Shown here piece after piece: positions 21,600-30,895 of a stretch of 64,000 nt of DNA. Both the position numbers and the translations under genes were made by a program. Source of the DNA: an uncultured Acidobacteriota bacterium (GTDB lineage Bacteria > Acidobacteriota > Thermoanaerobaculia > Multivoradales > SZUA-115); contig CAWDVR010000006.1 of NCBI GenBank assembly GCA_963805975.1, forward strand, positions 224,001 to 288,000, given 5' to 3'. The notes under the pieces were generated by a model. That model worked only from the letters and a program-made list of their open reading frames with translations, made no database searches and had not been told where the DNA came from. How positions within the stretch are numbered: position 1 is the first letter of the stretch; each line of letters starts with the position of its first letter.

Positions 21600-21636
21600 A
21601 CGGCGGTTTCGATCTCGAAGCCGCCGTTTTCGTTTC
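21600..21636 (+). terminator. Intrinsic terminator
   Basis: ACGGCGGTTTCGA-TC-TCGAAGCCGCCGT followed by TTTCGTTTC. Confidence 0.7.
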
Positions 21637-21654
21637 TCCTTCTGTCCCGCACCC

Positions 21655-22935
21655 ATGAATCGGCGCTTTCTGCTCCCGGCTGTTGCCGCCCTGATCGGCC
21701 TCGCCGGCGGAGTGATCCTCACCCGTCTGGCCATGGCGCCGGAGCTCGAGCCCGCTGCTCCCCAGGCTCCGGATCGGCCGGACAAGGTTGCTGCGGAGCG
21801 CGCAACGGTCCTCGGCCAAGCGCCGGTGAGCCAGGCCCTGCAGGCCCTGCCCTACGTGGACGGGACCTACGACGCGGAGGCGGGGAGGCAAGGCGTCCTC
21901 CTGCACGACGAGGCTCGAGCGTTTGACGGCCTCAACCTCTACTGCTCGCGGGAGCTGAAGTCCGCCTTGCTGCTCGACATGTCCGGCAAGGTGGTACGCC
22001 GTTGGCGCTTTCCGGCGGGGGTGGATCACTGCCAGGCGCTACCCAACGGCGAGGTCATCGGGCTGCGGCAGGACCGGGGTTTGACCAAGGTCGACGCGGC
22101 GTCGAAGGTGCTGTGGCGCTACGACGACGAGGCCCATCACGCCTTCTGGGTGGACCAGGGTGGCGAGATCTTCCTCCTCGCCCGGCGCCGCGTCCGGCGG
22201 CCGGACCTCCATCCCACCCTGGCGGTCTATGAGGACGCCATTGTGGTTCTCTCTTCCGCCGGCCGAAAGCTGCGCGAGATCTCGCTGCTGGGGGCGATCG
22301 AGCGCTCCCCCTACCGCTTTCTCCTGCCTGCCGTCGCCGACCGGCCTTTTGCCGCGAAGACCGCCGGTCGTGAGCCGGTCGTCGATCTGCTGCACCCCAA
22401 CCAGGTCGAGGTCTTCGACGGCTCGCTCGCGGCTCGCTCGCCGTTGTTCGCCCGCGGCAACTTGCTGGTCTCGTTTCGCAACGTGAGCAGCCTCGCGATC
22501 CTCGACCCGTCCGGGGAACGGGTCCTCTGGCTGTGGGGACCGTCGAACCTGGCCTACCCGCATCATCCGAGCCTGCTGCCGGCAGGCACTCTGCTGCTGT
22601 TCAACAACGGTACCGACGCCTCGGAGATCCTGGAGATCGACCCGCTGGGCTATCGGGTGGCTTGGCGCTGGGGCGAAGGCCAGGAGTTCTTCTCCGCCAC
22701 CCGCGGGAGCTGCCAGCGCCTGCCGAACGGCAACACCCTGGTCACCGAGTCGAACAAGGGCTACGTCTTCGAGCTGACGCCGGCCGGTGAGAAGGTGTGG
22801 GTGTGGGCGAACCCGTTGCTGCTCGAAGGGCAGGTCAGGGCGTACGTGTGGCGGATGTGGCGCTACCGGCCGGAGGAGCTGCCGTTCCTCACGGCGACCC
22901 CACCGGCGGCAAGGGTAGAAAGCCCTCGGGGGTAG
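21655..22935 (+). CDS. Arylsulfotransferase (ASST)-family beta-propeller, membrane-anchored or exported
   Basis: N-terminal TM; AHH, HPN, SFRN, PHHP, FNNG and QRLPNGNTLVTES motifs typical of ASST-like proteins. Confidence 0.8.
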   Translation: MNRRFLLPAVAALIGLAGGVILTRLAMAPELEPAAPQAPDRPDKVAAERATVLGQAPVSQALQALPYVDGTYDAEAGRQGVLLHDEARAFDGLNLYCSRELKSALLLDMSGKVVRRWRFPAGVDHCQALPNGEVIGLRQDRGLTKVDAASKVLWRYDDEAHHAFWVDQGGEIFLLARRRVRRPDLHPTLAVYEDAIVVLSSAGRKLREISLLGAIERSPYRFLLPAVADRPFAAKTAGREPVVDLLHPNQVEVFDGSLAARSPLFARGNLLVSFRNVSSLAILDPSGERVLWLWGPSNLAYPHHPSLLPAGTLLLFNNGTDASEILEIDPLGYRVAWRWGEGQEFFSATRGSCQRLPNGNTLVTESNKGYVFELTPAGEKVWVWANPLLLEGQVRAYVWRMWRYRPEELPFLTATPPAARVESPRG

Positions 22936-24748
22936 GTCGGACCTCGGCGCCGCTCCGCCATTGCACCTCGATCCCCGGCAGGCCTGCCGGCTGCCAGGCC
23001 CGCCAGGCACCGGCGGTGGCCGGATCGAGGTCCGCGGCGAGCCCGGTGGAGGAGCAGGCCAGTCGCAAACGCGGGTGCGCCTCCGGGAGCCTGCCGTGGA
23101 GGCGCACGGAGAGCGCAGGCTGGTCACCCGGTCGCCAGAACAGCCGTGTTCGCTCTTCGTCCAGCAGGGCCTCTTCTCCCACGGCGGTCAGCTCGATCTC
23201 CTCGCAGGCACCTGCCTGGCTGCGCAACAGGAACCGGTCGCCGATGCGCGGGCGGCCTGGCGCCGCTTCGGCTTCGTCGACCTCCTCGGCCTCTTCCTTC
23301 ATCGGCCAGCCCAGGCTCGCCTGGATCGGGGCATAGAGGGAGGAGCAGGTGTGGAACCGCCACCCGCGCCAGGTCTGGAAGAGCAGCAGGGCCACGAGGA
23401 GGAGTGCGAGCCGACGGTCCAGCCGGAGCCGCGAGGGGGAGGTTTCGTAGAGCCGCGCCAGCCCGTGGCCGGCCGCCGGCAACAAGAGGAAGAGAAGAGG
23501 CAGGCCCATGCGCGGGCTGGCCACGGTCGGCAGCGAGGGCAGCATGCCGAAGCCGACCAGGGCGAGCCACAGGCCGCGGTGGCCGAGCGGCGGGCCCGGG
23601 CCAAAGAGTCCCCAGAGAACGAGCCCCAAAAGCAGCGCGAAGCTGACCGTCAGCAGGGCCCAGAGCCCTATCGCCAGAGCCGGCGCCACGGGCGGGTAGA
23701 CCGCCTGGAAGAGGTGGCGCAGGAGGTGCTGCTCGCCGTACCAGAGGTCGGCCACCCGGCCGAGCGCCCGCCGCAGGAAGGCGCCGGGCTCGTGGCGGAT
23801 GATCTCGAGAGCCAGGTGCCGCGCCGCATGGTCGCGAGGCTGGCCCGTTTCCCGCATCTGGGCGCGGATCATCCGGTTCACCCGTGCCTTGCGCTGCGGG
23901 CCGGTCTCGCCCGGCTCCTGCGGCACCTGGCCGAGCATCAGGTTGTAGCCGTTGGCCGTGGTCAGCAGGTGAAAGGAGCCTTCACGCCGCAACAGGGTCC
24001 AGTGCCAGGGGAGCACCATCAGAAAAGCGGTGCCGAGGGCCACGCCTGGCAGCATCCAGCGGCTCCTGCCCCCGAGCCGCAGCGCCAGCCAGGCCGCGAG
24101 CACCAAGAGGAAAGGCGCGCCCGCGATGCGGGCCAGAACGGAGGCGCCGCCGAGCGCGCCGGCGGCCACCGCCAGTGCGGTCCTTTGCCGGCCCTCGCCA
24201 GCCTCGGGAATGCGCAGGAAGAGGAGCAAAGTCGAGGCGAGCAGCAGCAGGAAGAGTGTCTCGGACCACAGCAGATGGGAGAACCCGACGAAGCTGGGGT
24301 AGAGCAGGTGCAGGCAGGCTGCGGCCAGTGCAACGCGGGCCCCGCCCGCGCGCTCGCCCATCCGGTAGACGAGCAGCGTGGTGGCGGCGGACAGCACCAC
24401 CGTGGCGAGCCGGGCCGCGGCAAGGCTCGGACCGAAGAGCAGCAGCGGCAGGGCCAGCACCAGCGGGTGAGCCGGCGGCCAGCGCCCCCGCCCATAGGCG
24501 CGCTCGAGGTCCGCCGCCGCCGGCGCCGCGCCGTGCACGAGAGCGCGGAGCACGGCGGCAAAGCCCTCGGCCTGCTCCAGGTACCCGGCCTCGTCCCAGG
24601 CGGGCAGCACCTCGGCACGAATCACCGGCCAGGCAACGAGCAGGCGGACCAGGAGCGAGGCGGCGAAGAGCCACAGCAGCCGGCGCTTGCGGAGGCGGGA
24701 GGCGGCGCCTGCCGCTGGGGCCTCGGCTTGCGGGGCGTAGGCGCTCAT
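22889..24748 (-). CDS. ArnT/PMT-like (GT-C) multi-TM glycosyltransferase with soluble C-terminal domain
   Basis: WDE..Y in the first loop, RWPPAHP, LWSETLF, GYNL..G; start taken at ATG 24748. Confidence 0.8.
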   Translation of the reverse strand: MSAYAPQAEAPAAGAASRLRKRRLLWLFAASLLVRLLVAWPVIRAEVLPAWDEAGYLEQAEGFAAVLRALVHGAAPAAADLERAYGRGRWPPAHPLVLALPLLLFGPSLAAARLATVVLSAATTLLVYRMGERAGGARVALAAACLHLLYPSFVGFSHLLWSETLFLLLLASTLLLFLRIPEAGEGRQRTALAVAAGALGGASVLARIAGAPFLLVLAAWLALRLGGRSRWMLPGVALGTAFLMVLPWHWTLLRREGSFHLLTTANGYNLMLGQVPQEPGETGPQRKARVNRMIRAQMRETGQPRDHAARHLALEIIRHEPGAFLRRALGRVADLWYGEQHLLRHLFQAVYPPVAPALAIGLWALLTVSFALLLGLVLWGLFGPGPPLGHRGLWLALVGFGMLPSLPTVASPRMGLPLLFLLLPAAGHGLARLYETSPSRLRLDRRLALLLVALLLFQTWRGWRFHTCSSLYAPIQASLGWPMKEEAEEVDEAEAAPGRPRIGDRFLLRSQAGACEEIELTAVGEEALLDEERTRLFWRPGDQPALSVRLHGRLPEAHPRLRLACSSTGLAADLDPATAGAWRAWQPAGLPGIEVQWRSGAEVRPTPEGFLPLPPVGSP

Positions 24749-24836
24749 GATGGGTGAAGACGAGCGGCCAATGGTAGCATTCGGGGTTCTTGGCCCCCGG
24801 ACTCCTTCAACTCGCGAGCGAATCAGGATTCCCACC

Positions 24837-25931
24837 GTGAACGGCAGTGCTCGCCCGGCCCAGCCCACGCCCGCGCCGGAAGGCGCCCTCTACGTGGCGG
24901 ACGGGCTGCGTTTCCTGCGCCGCAACCTCTGGTGGACGGTCGTCGGCGGCTTGGCCATGGCGGTGCTCGCGGCGGTGGTGGTGATCACCTCGCCGACCCT
25001 CTACCAGGCGGCCGCGCTGCTCACCCTGGGGGGCGACCAGTTGGCGGGTGAGCCGGCGCCGCCACAGCTTTCCGCGGAGGGCTATCAGCGCCTCCTGCAG
25101 TCGCGCCCGGTGGTGGCCGAGACCTACAGCCGCCTCGAGGAACGCCGCGTGATCCCGGATGCGGAGACCGCGCAGCTCACCCTGTCGAGCGAGCTTCTGA
25201 CCTCGCGCCGGGGCGAGCTCGGCAACACCTCGCTGCTCGAGCTGGTCGCCGAGGCCGAGTCGCCCGAGGTGGCGAGCGCCGCTGCGAACCTCTGGGCCGA
25301 GGTCTTTCTCGAGGTGGAGCTCGCCCAGGTGCAGAGCTCCGGCATGCAGGGGGCCTACCACGCGCTGCTGGCCGATCGGGTGAAGCAGAAGGACCGGCTG
25401 TCGATCGCCCGGGAGCGGCTCTCGCAACTCCAGGCGCGGCTCCAGAAGACGCCGCCGAAGATCACCCTGATCAGCCGCCTCTCCGACCGCGAGCTCCTGC
25501 TCGGCGACAGCGTGGCGCAAGGCCGCTCGCCGACCATCGAGTCGCAGCAGGTCAACCCGCTGCACAACGACCTCTTCAACCAGGTCTCGACCATCGCCGC
25601 CGAGGTCGAGGCCGTGGCGCGGCAGGTGGAGGAGCTGGGCAAGACCGCCAAGGCGCTGAAGGAGCGGATCGACCGCAACCGCCGGCTCATCGCCAGCGGC
25701 GAGCCTCCGGACGTCGCGCTCGAGCCCCTGCCCGGCGTCGCGGTGCCCGCGTATGGCATTGCGCAGCTCGTCAGCCCGGCGGTGCCGCCCCAGTTGCCCA
25801 TGCCCCGGCGGCTGGCGGCCAAGGTGCTGCTGGCAGCGGTCGGTGGTGCTATCCTCGGCCTTCTGATCGCGGCCCTCCGTGAGACGGTGCGCAACCTGCC
25901 GCCGCCCTCCGATCCCGAGCGATCTCGTTGA
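24837..25931 (+). CDS. Wzz-like polysaccharide chain-length regulator
   Basis: N-terminal TM then P.LYQA, a central coiled coil, SPAVPP..P.PR and a C-terminal TM. GTG start is uncertain. Confidence 0.75.
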   Translation: MNGSARPAQPTPAPEGALYVADGLRFLRRNLWWTVVGGLAMAVLAAVVVITSPTLYQAAALLTLGGDQLAGEPAPPQLSAEGYQRLLQSRPVVAETYSRLEERRVIPDAETAQLTLSSELLTSRRGELGNTSLLELVAEAESPEVASAAANLWAEVFLEVELAQVQSSGMQGAYHALLADRVKQKDRLSIARERLSQLQARLQKTPPKITLISRLSDRELLLGDSVAQGRSPTIESQQVNPLHNDLFNQVSTIAAEVEAVARQVEELGKTAKALKERIDRNRRLIASGEPPDVALEPLPGVAVPAYGIAQLVSPAVPPQLPMPRRLAAKVLLAAVGGAILGLLIAALRETVRNLPPPSDPERSR

Positions 25932-26030
25932 TCCGATCGCGGCGACCCCCGCGCGCGTCGAGCCTTGGGGGCGCACCGCCCGCGGATGCGCCGCCCGACA
26001 TCTAGGAGTCATCGAAAGGAGCTTCTCCGA

Positions 26031-27758
26031 GTGAGCAACCATCTCACCTCCGCCCACGGCGGGCGACTGTGCGAGCTGTTGGTCGGCGCCGAGCGCGGCG
26101 ACCGGTTGAAACAGGAATCGAAGGACTGGCCCTCGTGGAACCTCACGCCGCGGCAGATCTGTGATCTCGAGCTGCTGTCGAACGGCGGTTTCTCGCCGCT
26201 CACCGGTTTCCTCGGCCGTGCCGACTACGAGTCCGTGGTCTCCGACATGCGGCTCGCGAGCGGCCTGCTGTGGCCGATGCCGATCACTCTCGACGTGGAC
26301 GAGGCGACGGCCGAAAAGCTCTCCCCGGGCGCCAGGCTGGCGCTCCGCGATCCCGAGGGCGTGATGCTCGCGGTGCTCACCGTCAGCGACGTCTGGAAGC
26401 CCGACCGCGAGGCCGAGGCGCAGGCCGTGTTCGGCACCGTGGACAAGAAGCATCCCGGCGTCGCGGCTCTCGACCGCTCGCACCCGGTCTACGTGGGCGG
26501 CACCATCGAGGCCCTGCAACTGCCCAGCTATTACGACTTCCGTGCGCTTCGCCTGACGCCGGCCGAGATGCGCGCCGAGTTCGCCCGCCTGGGCTGGCGG
26601 CGGGTGGTCGCCTTCCAGACCCGCAACCCCATGCACCGCGCCCACGCCGAGCTCACGCTGCGCGCCGCCAAGGAGGCGGAGGCGAACCTGCTGATCCATC
26701 CGGTGGTGGGCATGACCAAGCCGGGGGACGTGGACCACTACACGCGCGTGCGCTGCTACCAGGCGGTGCTCCAGGGCTACCCGGCGCACGCGGCCACGCT
26801 CGCGCTGCTGCCGCTCGCCATGCGCATGGGCGGCCCGCGCGAGGCGGTGTGGCACGCCATCATCCGCAAGAACTTCGGCTGCACGCACTTCATCGTCGGC
26901 CGCGATCACGCCGGCCCCGGCAACGACTCGGCCGGCAAGCCGTTCTACGGCCCCTACGACGCGCAGCAGCTCCTCGCCGAGCACCAGGAAGAGCTCGGCG
27001 TCACCATGGTGCCGTTCCTCAACATGGTCTACGTCGAGAACCGCGACCAGTACATGCCGGACAACGAGGTGCAGCAGGACGAACGGGTGCTCAACCTCTC
27101 GGGCACCCAGCTCCGCGAGCGCCTCCAGGGCGGCCGGGAGATCCCGGCCTGGTTCACCTACCCGGAGGTCGCGACCGAGCTGCGCCGCACCCACCCGCCG
27201 CGCCACAGGCAGGGCTTCACGGTGTTCTTCACCGGCCTCTCGGGGTCCGGCAAGTCCACCATCGCCAACGTGCTGCTGGTCAAGTTCCTCGAGCTGGGCG
27301 GCCGGCCGGTGACGCTCCTCGACGGCGACATCGTGCGCAAGCACCTGTCCTCCGAGCTCGGCTTCTCGAAGGAGCACCGCGACATCAACATCCGCCGCAT
27401 CGGCTACGTCGCCTCCGAGATCACCAAGAACGGCGGCATCGCCATCTGCGCGCCGATCGCGCCCTACGACACCACGCGCAAAGAGGTGCGGCAGATGGTG
27501 GAGGCGGGCGGCGGCTTCGTGCTCGTCTTCCTCGCCACCCCGATCGAGGTCTGCGAGTCGCGCGACAGGAAGGGCCTCTACGCCAAGGCGCGGGCCGGCC
27601 TGGTCAAGGAGTTCACCGGCATCTCCGACCCCTACGAGGAGCCGACGGACGCCGACATCGTCATCAACACCGCCGAGTACACGCCCGAAGAGGCCGCGCA
27701 GGCGATCATCCTGCACCTCGAGAAGGAGGGCTTCATCGGCACCGAGGCGACCGCCTGA
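26031..27758 (+). CDS. sat: Bifunctional sulfate adenylyltransferase / adenylylsulfate kinase (Sat-CysC; PAPS synthesis)
   Basis: AAAGGAG RBS; FQTRNPMHRAH, GRDHAGPG; kinase GLSGSGKST, LDGDIVR, KGLYAKARAG. Confidence 0.96.
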   Translation: MSNHLTSAHGGRLCELLVGAERGDRLKQESKDWPSWNLTPRQICDLELLSNGGFSPLTGFLGRADYESVVSDMRLASGLLWPMPITLDVDEATAEKLSPGARLALRDPEGVMLAVLTVSDVWKPDREAEAQAVFGTVDKKHPGVAALDRSHPVYVGGTIEALQLPSYYDFRALRLTPAEMRAEFARLGWRRVVAFQTRNPMHRAHAELTLRAAKEAEANLLIHPVVGMTKPGDVDHYTRVRCYQAVLQGYPAHAATLALLPLAMRMGGPREAVWHAIIRKNFGCTHFIVGRDHAGPGNDSAGKPFYGPYDAQQLLAEHQEELGVTMVPFLNMVYVENRDQYMPDNEVQQDERVLNLSGTQLRERLQGGREIPAWFTYPEVATELRRTHPPRHRQGFTVFFTGLSGSGKSTIANVLLVKFLELGGRPVTLLDGDIVRKHLSSELGFSKEHRDINIRRIGYVASEITKNGGIAICAPIAPYDTTRKEVRQMVEAGGGFVLVFLATPIEVCESRDRKGLYAKARAGLVKEFTGISDPYEEPTDADIVINTAEYTPEEAAQAIILHLEKEGFIGTEATA

Positions 27759-28564
27759 TGACGCCGGCGGCCGACCGGACGGCGGACCTGGCGCGCATCG
27801 CGGCGGCGCTCGTCGCGGCGGGCGAGGTGCTCTCCGCCTTCACGCCCGGCGAGGTCGCGGCGCGGAAGAAGGCCGGCGGCAGCCCGGTGACCGATGCCGA
27901 CACCGCGGTCAACGAGCGGTTGCTCGCCCTCCTTCCGCGGGATGGGGAAGGCTGGCTCTCGGAGGAGACCGCGGACAGCGAGGCGCGGCTCTCCTGCCGC
28001 CGCGTCTGGGTGGTCGATCCGCTGGACGGCACCCGCGAGTTCGTCGAGGGCCTGCCCGAGTGGTGCGTGTCGATCGGCCTGGTGGAGGACGGCGAGGCGG
28101 TGGCCGGCGGCATCCTGAACCCGGCGACCGGCGAGACGTTTCTCGGCGCCATCGGCTCGGGTGTGACCCGCAACGGCGCAGACGTGACCGTCTCCGGCCG
28201 CACGGCGCTCGCCGGTGGCCGGGTGCTCGCCAGCCGCAGCGAGACCCGGCGCGGGCAGTGGGAGATCTTCTCGGGCACCGGCTTCGCGATCGAGCCCCTG
28301 GGCTCGGTGGCCTACAAGCTGGCCCTGGTCGCGGCCGGCCTGGCCGACGCCTCCTGGACCCTGGTGCCGAAGAACGAGTGGGACATCGCGGCCGGCGTGG
28401 CGCTGGTCAGGGCCGCGGGCGGCCTGGCCTACCGGCCCGATGGGCAGCCCTGCCGCTTCAACCAGGAGGCGACCCTGTACCCCGGCCTCGTCGCCTGCGG
28501 CCCGTGGCTCAGTGCCGACATCGAGCGCGTGATCGAGGAGCGGACGCGTGGAGCCGCCGTCTGA
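27758..28564 (+). CDS. cysQ: 3'(2'),5'-bisphosphate nucleotidase CysQ (inositol monophosphatase family)
   Basis: SPVTDAD, LSEE, WVVDPLDGTREF, EWDIAAG; TGATG coupling to sat-cysC. Confidence 0.88.
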   Translation: MTPAADRTADLARIAAALVAAGEVLSAFTPGEVAARKKAGGSPVTDADTAVNERLLALLPRDGEGWLSEETADSEARLSCRRVWVVDPLDGTREFVEGLPEWCVSIGLVEDGEAVAGGILNPATGETFLGAIGSGVTRNGADVTVSGRTALAGGRVLASRSETRRGQWEIFSGTGFAIEPLGSVAYKLALVAAGLADASWTLVPKNEWDIAAGVALVRAAGGLAYRPDGQPCRFNQEATLYPGLVACGPWLSADIERVIEERTRGAAV

Positions 28565-29918
28565 GCCGCGGCTGAGCTCCTCGGCGCCGGCCGCCCGGGA
28601 GATCGTCGCCCGGGAGCTGGCGGCCCGCATCGCCGGCGGCAGTGCCGTGGTCGGCGTCGTGGGCCTGGGCTACGTCGGCCTGCCGGTGGCGCTCACCTTC
28701 GTCGAGGCCGGGCTCTCGGCCCTGGGCTTCGACGTCGATCGGAAGAAAGTCGAGGCCCTGGAGCGGGGCGAGTGCTACATCGGCCACCTCGACGCCGGCC
28801 GCGTGGCCTCCGCCGTGGCGGCCGGGAAGCTGCACGCCACCGCCGACTTCTCGCGCCTGGGCGAGCCGGACGCGGTGGTGATCTGCGTCCCTACCCCGCT
28901 CACGCCGCAGCGCGAGCCGGACCTCTCCTACGTCCTGGCCACGGCGCGGCAGCTCAAGCCCGTGCTGCGGCGCGGCCAGCTCGTGGTGCTCGAGTCCACC
29001 ACCTACCCCGGCACCACGGACGAGGTGCTGCGCCGCGAGCTCGAGGAGACGGGCCTGGTCTGCGGTGAGGACTTCTTCCTCGCCTTCTCGCCCGAGCGCG
29101 AGGACCCGGGCAACGCGCGCTTTTCGACCGCGACCATCCCCAAGGTGGTGGGCGGGGTGGACGAGGTCTCGGGCGACCTCGCGCAGGCGCTCTACGACCG
29201 CGCCTTCGCGCGCACCGTGCGCGTGTCCTCGGCGCGGGCCGCCGAGGCCGCCAAGATCACCGAGAACGTCTTCCGGGCGGTCAACATCGCCCTGGTCAAC
29301 GAGCTCAAGGTGGTCTACGACCGCATGGGAATCGATGTCTGGGAGGTGCTGGACGCCGCCGAGACCAAGCCGTTCGGCTTTCTGCGCTTCAACCCCGGCC
29401 CCGGCTGGGGCGGCCACTGCATCCCGCTCGACCCCTTCTATCTCTCGTGGAAGGCGCGCGAGCATGGCCCGGCGCCGCGTTTCATCGAGCTCGCCGGCGA
29501 GGTCAACTGGGAGATGCCGGGCTACGTGGTGGGCAAGCTCCAGGGGGCGCTCAACGAGCGTGGCCTCGCGGTCCGGAGCGCCCGGGTGCTGGTGCTCGGC
29601 ATCGCCTACAAGAAGGACGTGGCGGACCCGCGGGAGAGCCCGGCCTTCGAGGTGATCGAGCGCCTTCTGGCCCTCGGGGCACAAGTCTCGTACCACGACC
29701 CGTACCTGCCGGAGGCGCCTCGCATGCGCACCTGGCCGGACCTGCCGGTGCTCCGCTCGGTGCCGCTCACCGCCGAGGAGGTGGCGGCGGCCGACGCGGT
29801 GATGGTGGTCACCGACCACACGGCGGTGGACTACGGCCTGGTGGCGGAGCACGCCCGCCTGATCGTCGACACCCGCGGCGTCTTCCGCCGCGGCGGGCCG
29901 AACGTCGTGAAGGCCTGA
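28548..29918 (+). CDS. UDP-N-acetylhexosamine 6-dehydrogenase (WbpA/TviB family)
   Basis: GLGYVGLP, CVPTP, ESTTYPGTT, FSPER, GGHCIP.DP, YKKDV.D.RESP. Confidence 0.92.
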   Translation: MEPPSEPRLSSSAPAAREIVARELAARIAGGSAVVGVVGLGYVGLPVALTFVEAGLSALGFDVDRKKVEALERGECYIGHLDAGRVASAVAAGKLHATADFSRLGEPDAVVICVPTPLTPQREPDLSYVLATARQLKPVLRRGQLVVLESTTYPGTTDEVLRRELEETGLVCGEDFFLAFSPEREDPGNARFSTATIPKVVGGVDEVSGDLAQALYDRAFARTVRVSSARAAEAAKITENVFRAVNIALVNELKVVYDRMGIDVWEVLDAAETKPFGFLRFNPGPGWGGHCIPLDPFYLSWKAREHGPAPRFIELAGEVNWEMPGYVVGKLQGALNERGLAVRSARVLVLGIAYKKDVADPRESPAFEVIERLLALGAQVSYHDPYLPEAPRMRTWPDLPVLRSVPLTAEEVAAADAVMVVTDHTAVDYGLVAEHARLIVDTRGVFRRGGPNVVKA

Positions 29919-30895
29919 TGGCAGCGCTCGACCTCGCCGGAGCCAGCGTTCTCGTCACCGGCGGCGCCGGCTTCATCGGCTCGCACCTGGTCGATGTCCT
30001 GGTGGCGCGGGGCAGCCGCGTGCGCGTGCTCGACAACTTCTCGACCGGCAGCCGCGCCAACCTTTCGCACCTGGGCTCGCATCTCGGCACCGCAGTGGAG
30101 CTAAACGAGGGCGACCTGCGGGACACCGAGGCCTGCCGCCGCGCCGCGCAGGGCATCCGAGTGGTCTTTCACCAGGCGGCGCTGGGCTCGGTGCCGCGCT
30201 CGCTCGCGGACCCGGCCACCACCTTCGCCGTCAACCTGGCCGGCACCGCCAATCTGCTGGCTGCGGCACGGGACGCCGGGGTGGCGCGGGTGGTCTACGC
30301 CTCGTCCTCGAGCGTCTATGGTGCATCCCCGGTGCTGCCGCGCCGGGAAGGCACCGAGGGCGAGCCGCTGTCGCCCTACGCGCAGTCGAAGCGCCTGGCG
30401 GAGGAAGTGGCGCGCGGCTTCGGCACGTTCTTCGGCCTGGAGGTGGTGGGCCTGCGTTACTTCAACGTCTTCGGGCCCCGCCAGAGCCCGGAAGGCCCCT
30501 ATGCCGCGGTGATCCCGCGCTTTCTCGCCGCCTACGCGGCGGGCCGTGCTCCCGAGATCCACGGCGACGGCAGCCAGTCCCGCGACTTCACCTATGTGGC
30601 GGACGTGGTGGCCGCCAACCTGCTCGCCGCCGTGGCGCCGGCCGAAGCCTGCGGGCGGGCGTACAACGTGGGCTCGGGGCGGACGACCACCGTGCTCGAG
30701 CTGGCGCGGCTCCTTGCCGAGCTCTCGGGCGGCGGGCCGGAGCCGCGGCTCGGCCCGCCGCGGCCCGGCGACGTGCAGCACTCGCACGCCGACCTCGCGG
30801 ACGCCGAGCGCCTCCTGGACTACCGTCCGGCCTGGAGGCTGGAGGAGGGACTGCGCGAGACCGTGGCCTGGTTTGCGGAGCGGCCGGGAGGATGA
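29918..30895 (+). CDS. NAD-dependent UDP-HexNAc(A) 4-epimerase (WbpP/TviC-like)
   Basis: TGGAGFIGS, HQAALGSVPRS, YAQSK, LRYFNVFGPRQ. Confidence 0.9.
   Translation: MAALDLAGASVLVTGGAGFIGSHLVDVLVARGSRVRVLDNFSTGSRANLSHLGSHLGTAVELNEGDLRDTEACRRAAQGIRVVFHQAALGSVPRSLADPATTFAVNLAGTANLLAAARDAGVARVVYASSSSVYGASPVLPRREGTEGEPLSPYAQSKRLAEEVARGFGTFFGLEVVGLRYFNVFGPRQSPEGPYAAVIPRFLAAYAAGRAPEIHGDGSQSRDFTYVADVVAANLLAAVAPAEACGRAYNVGSGRTTTVLELARLLAELSGGGPEPRLGPPRPGDVQHSHADLADAERLLDYRPAWRLEEGLRETVAWFAERPGG

Noticed and set aside
26031-28564. sat-cysC/cysQ as assimilatory or dissimilatory sulfate reduction
   Set aside because: No cysH/cysIJ or apr/dsr genes are present, and the pair is coupled to sugar-nucleotide and sulfotransferase genes.
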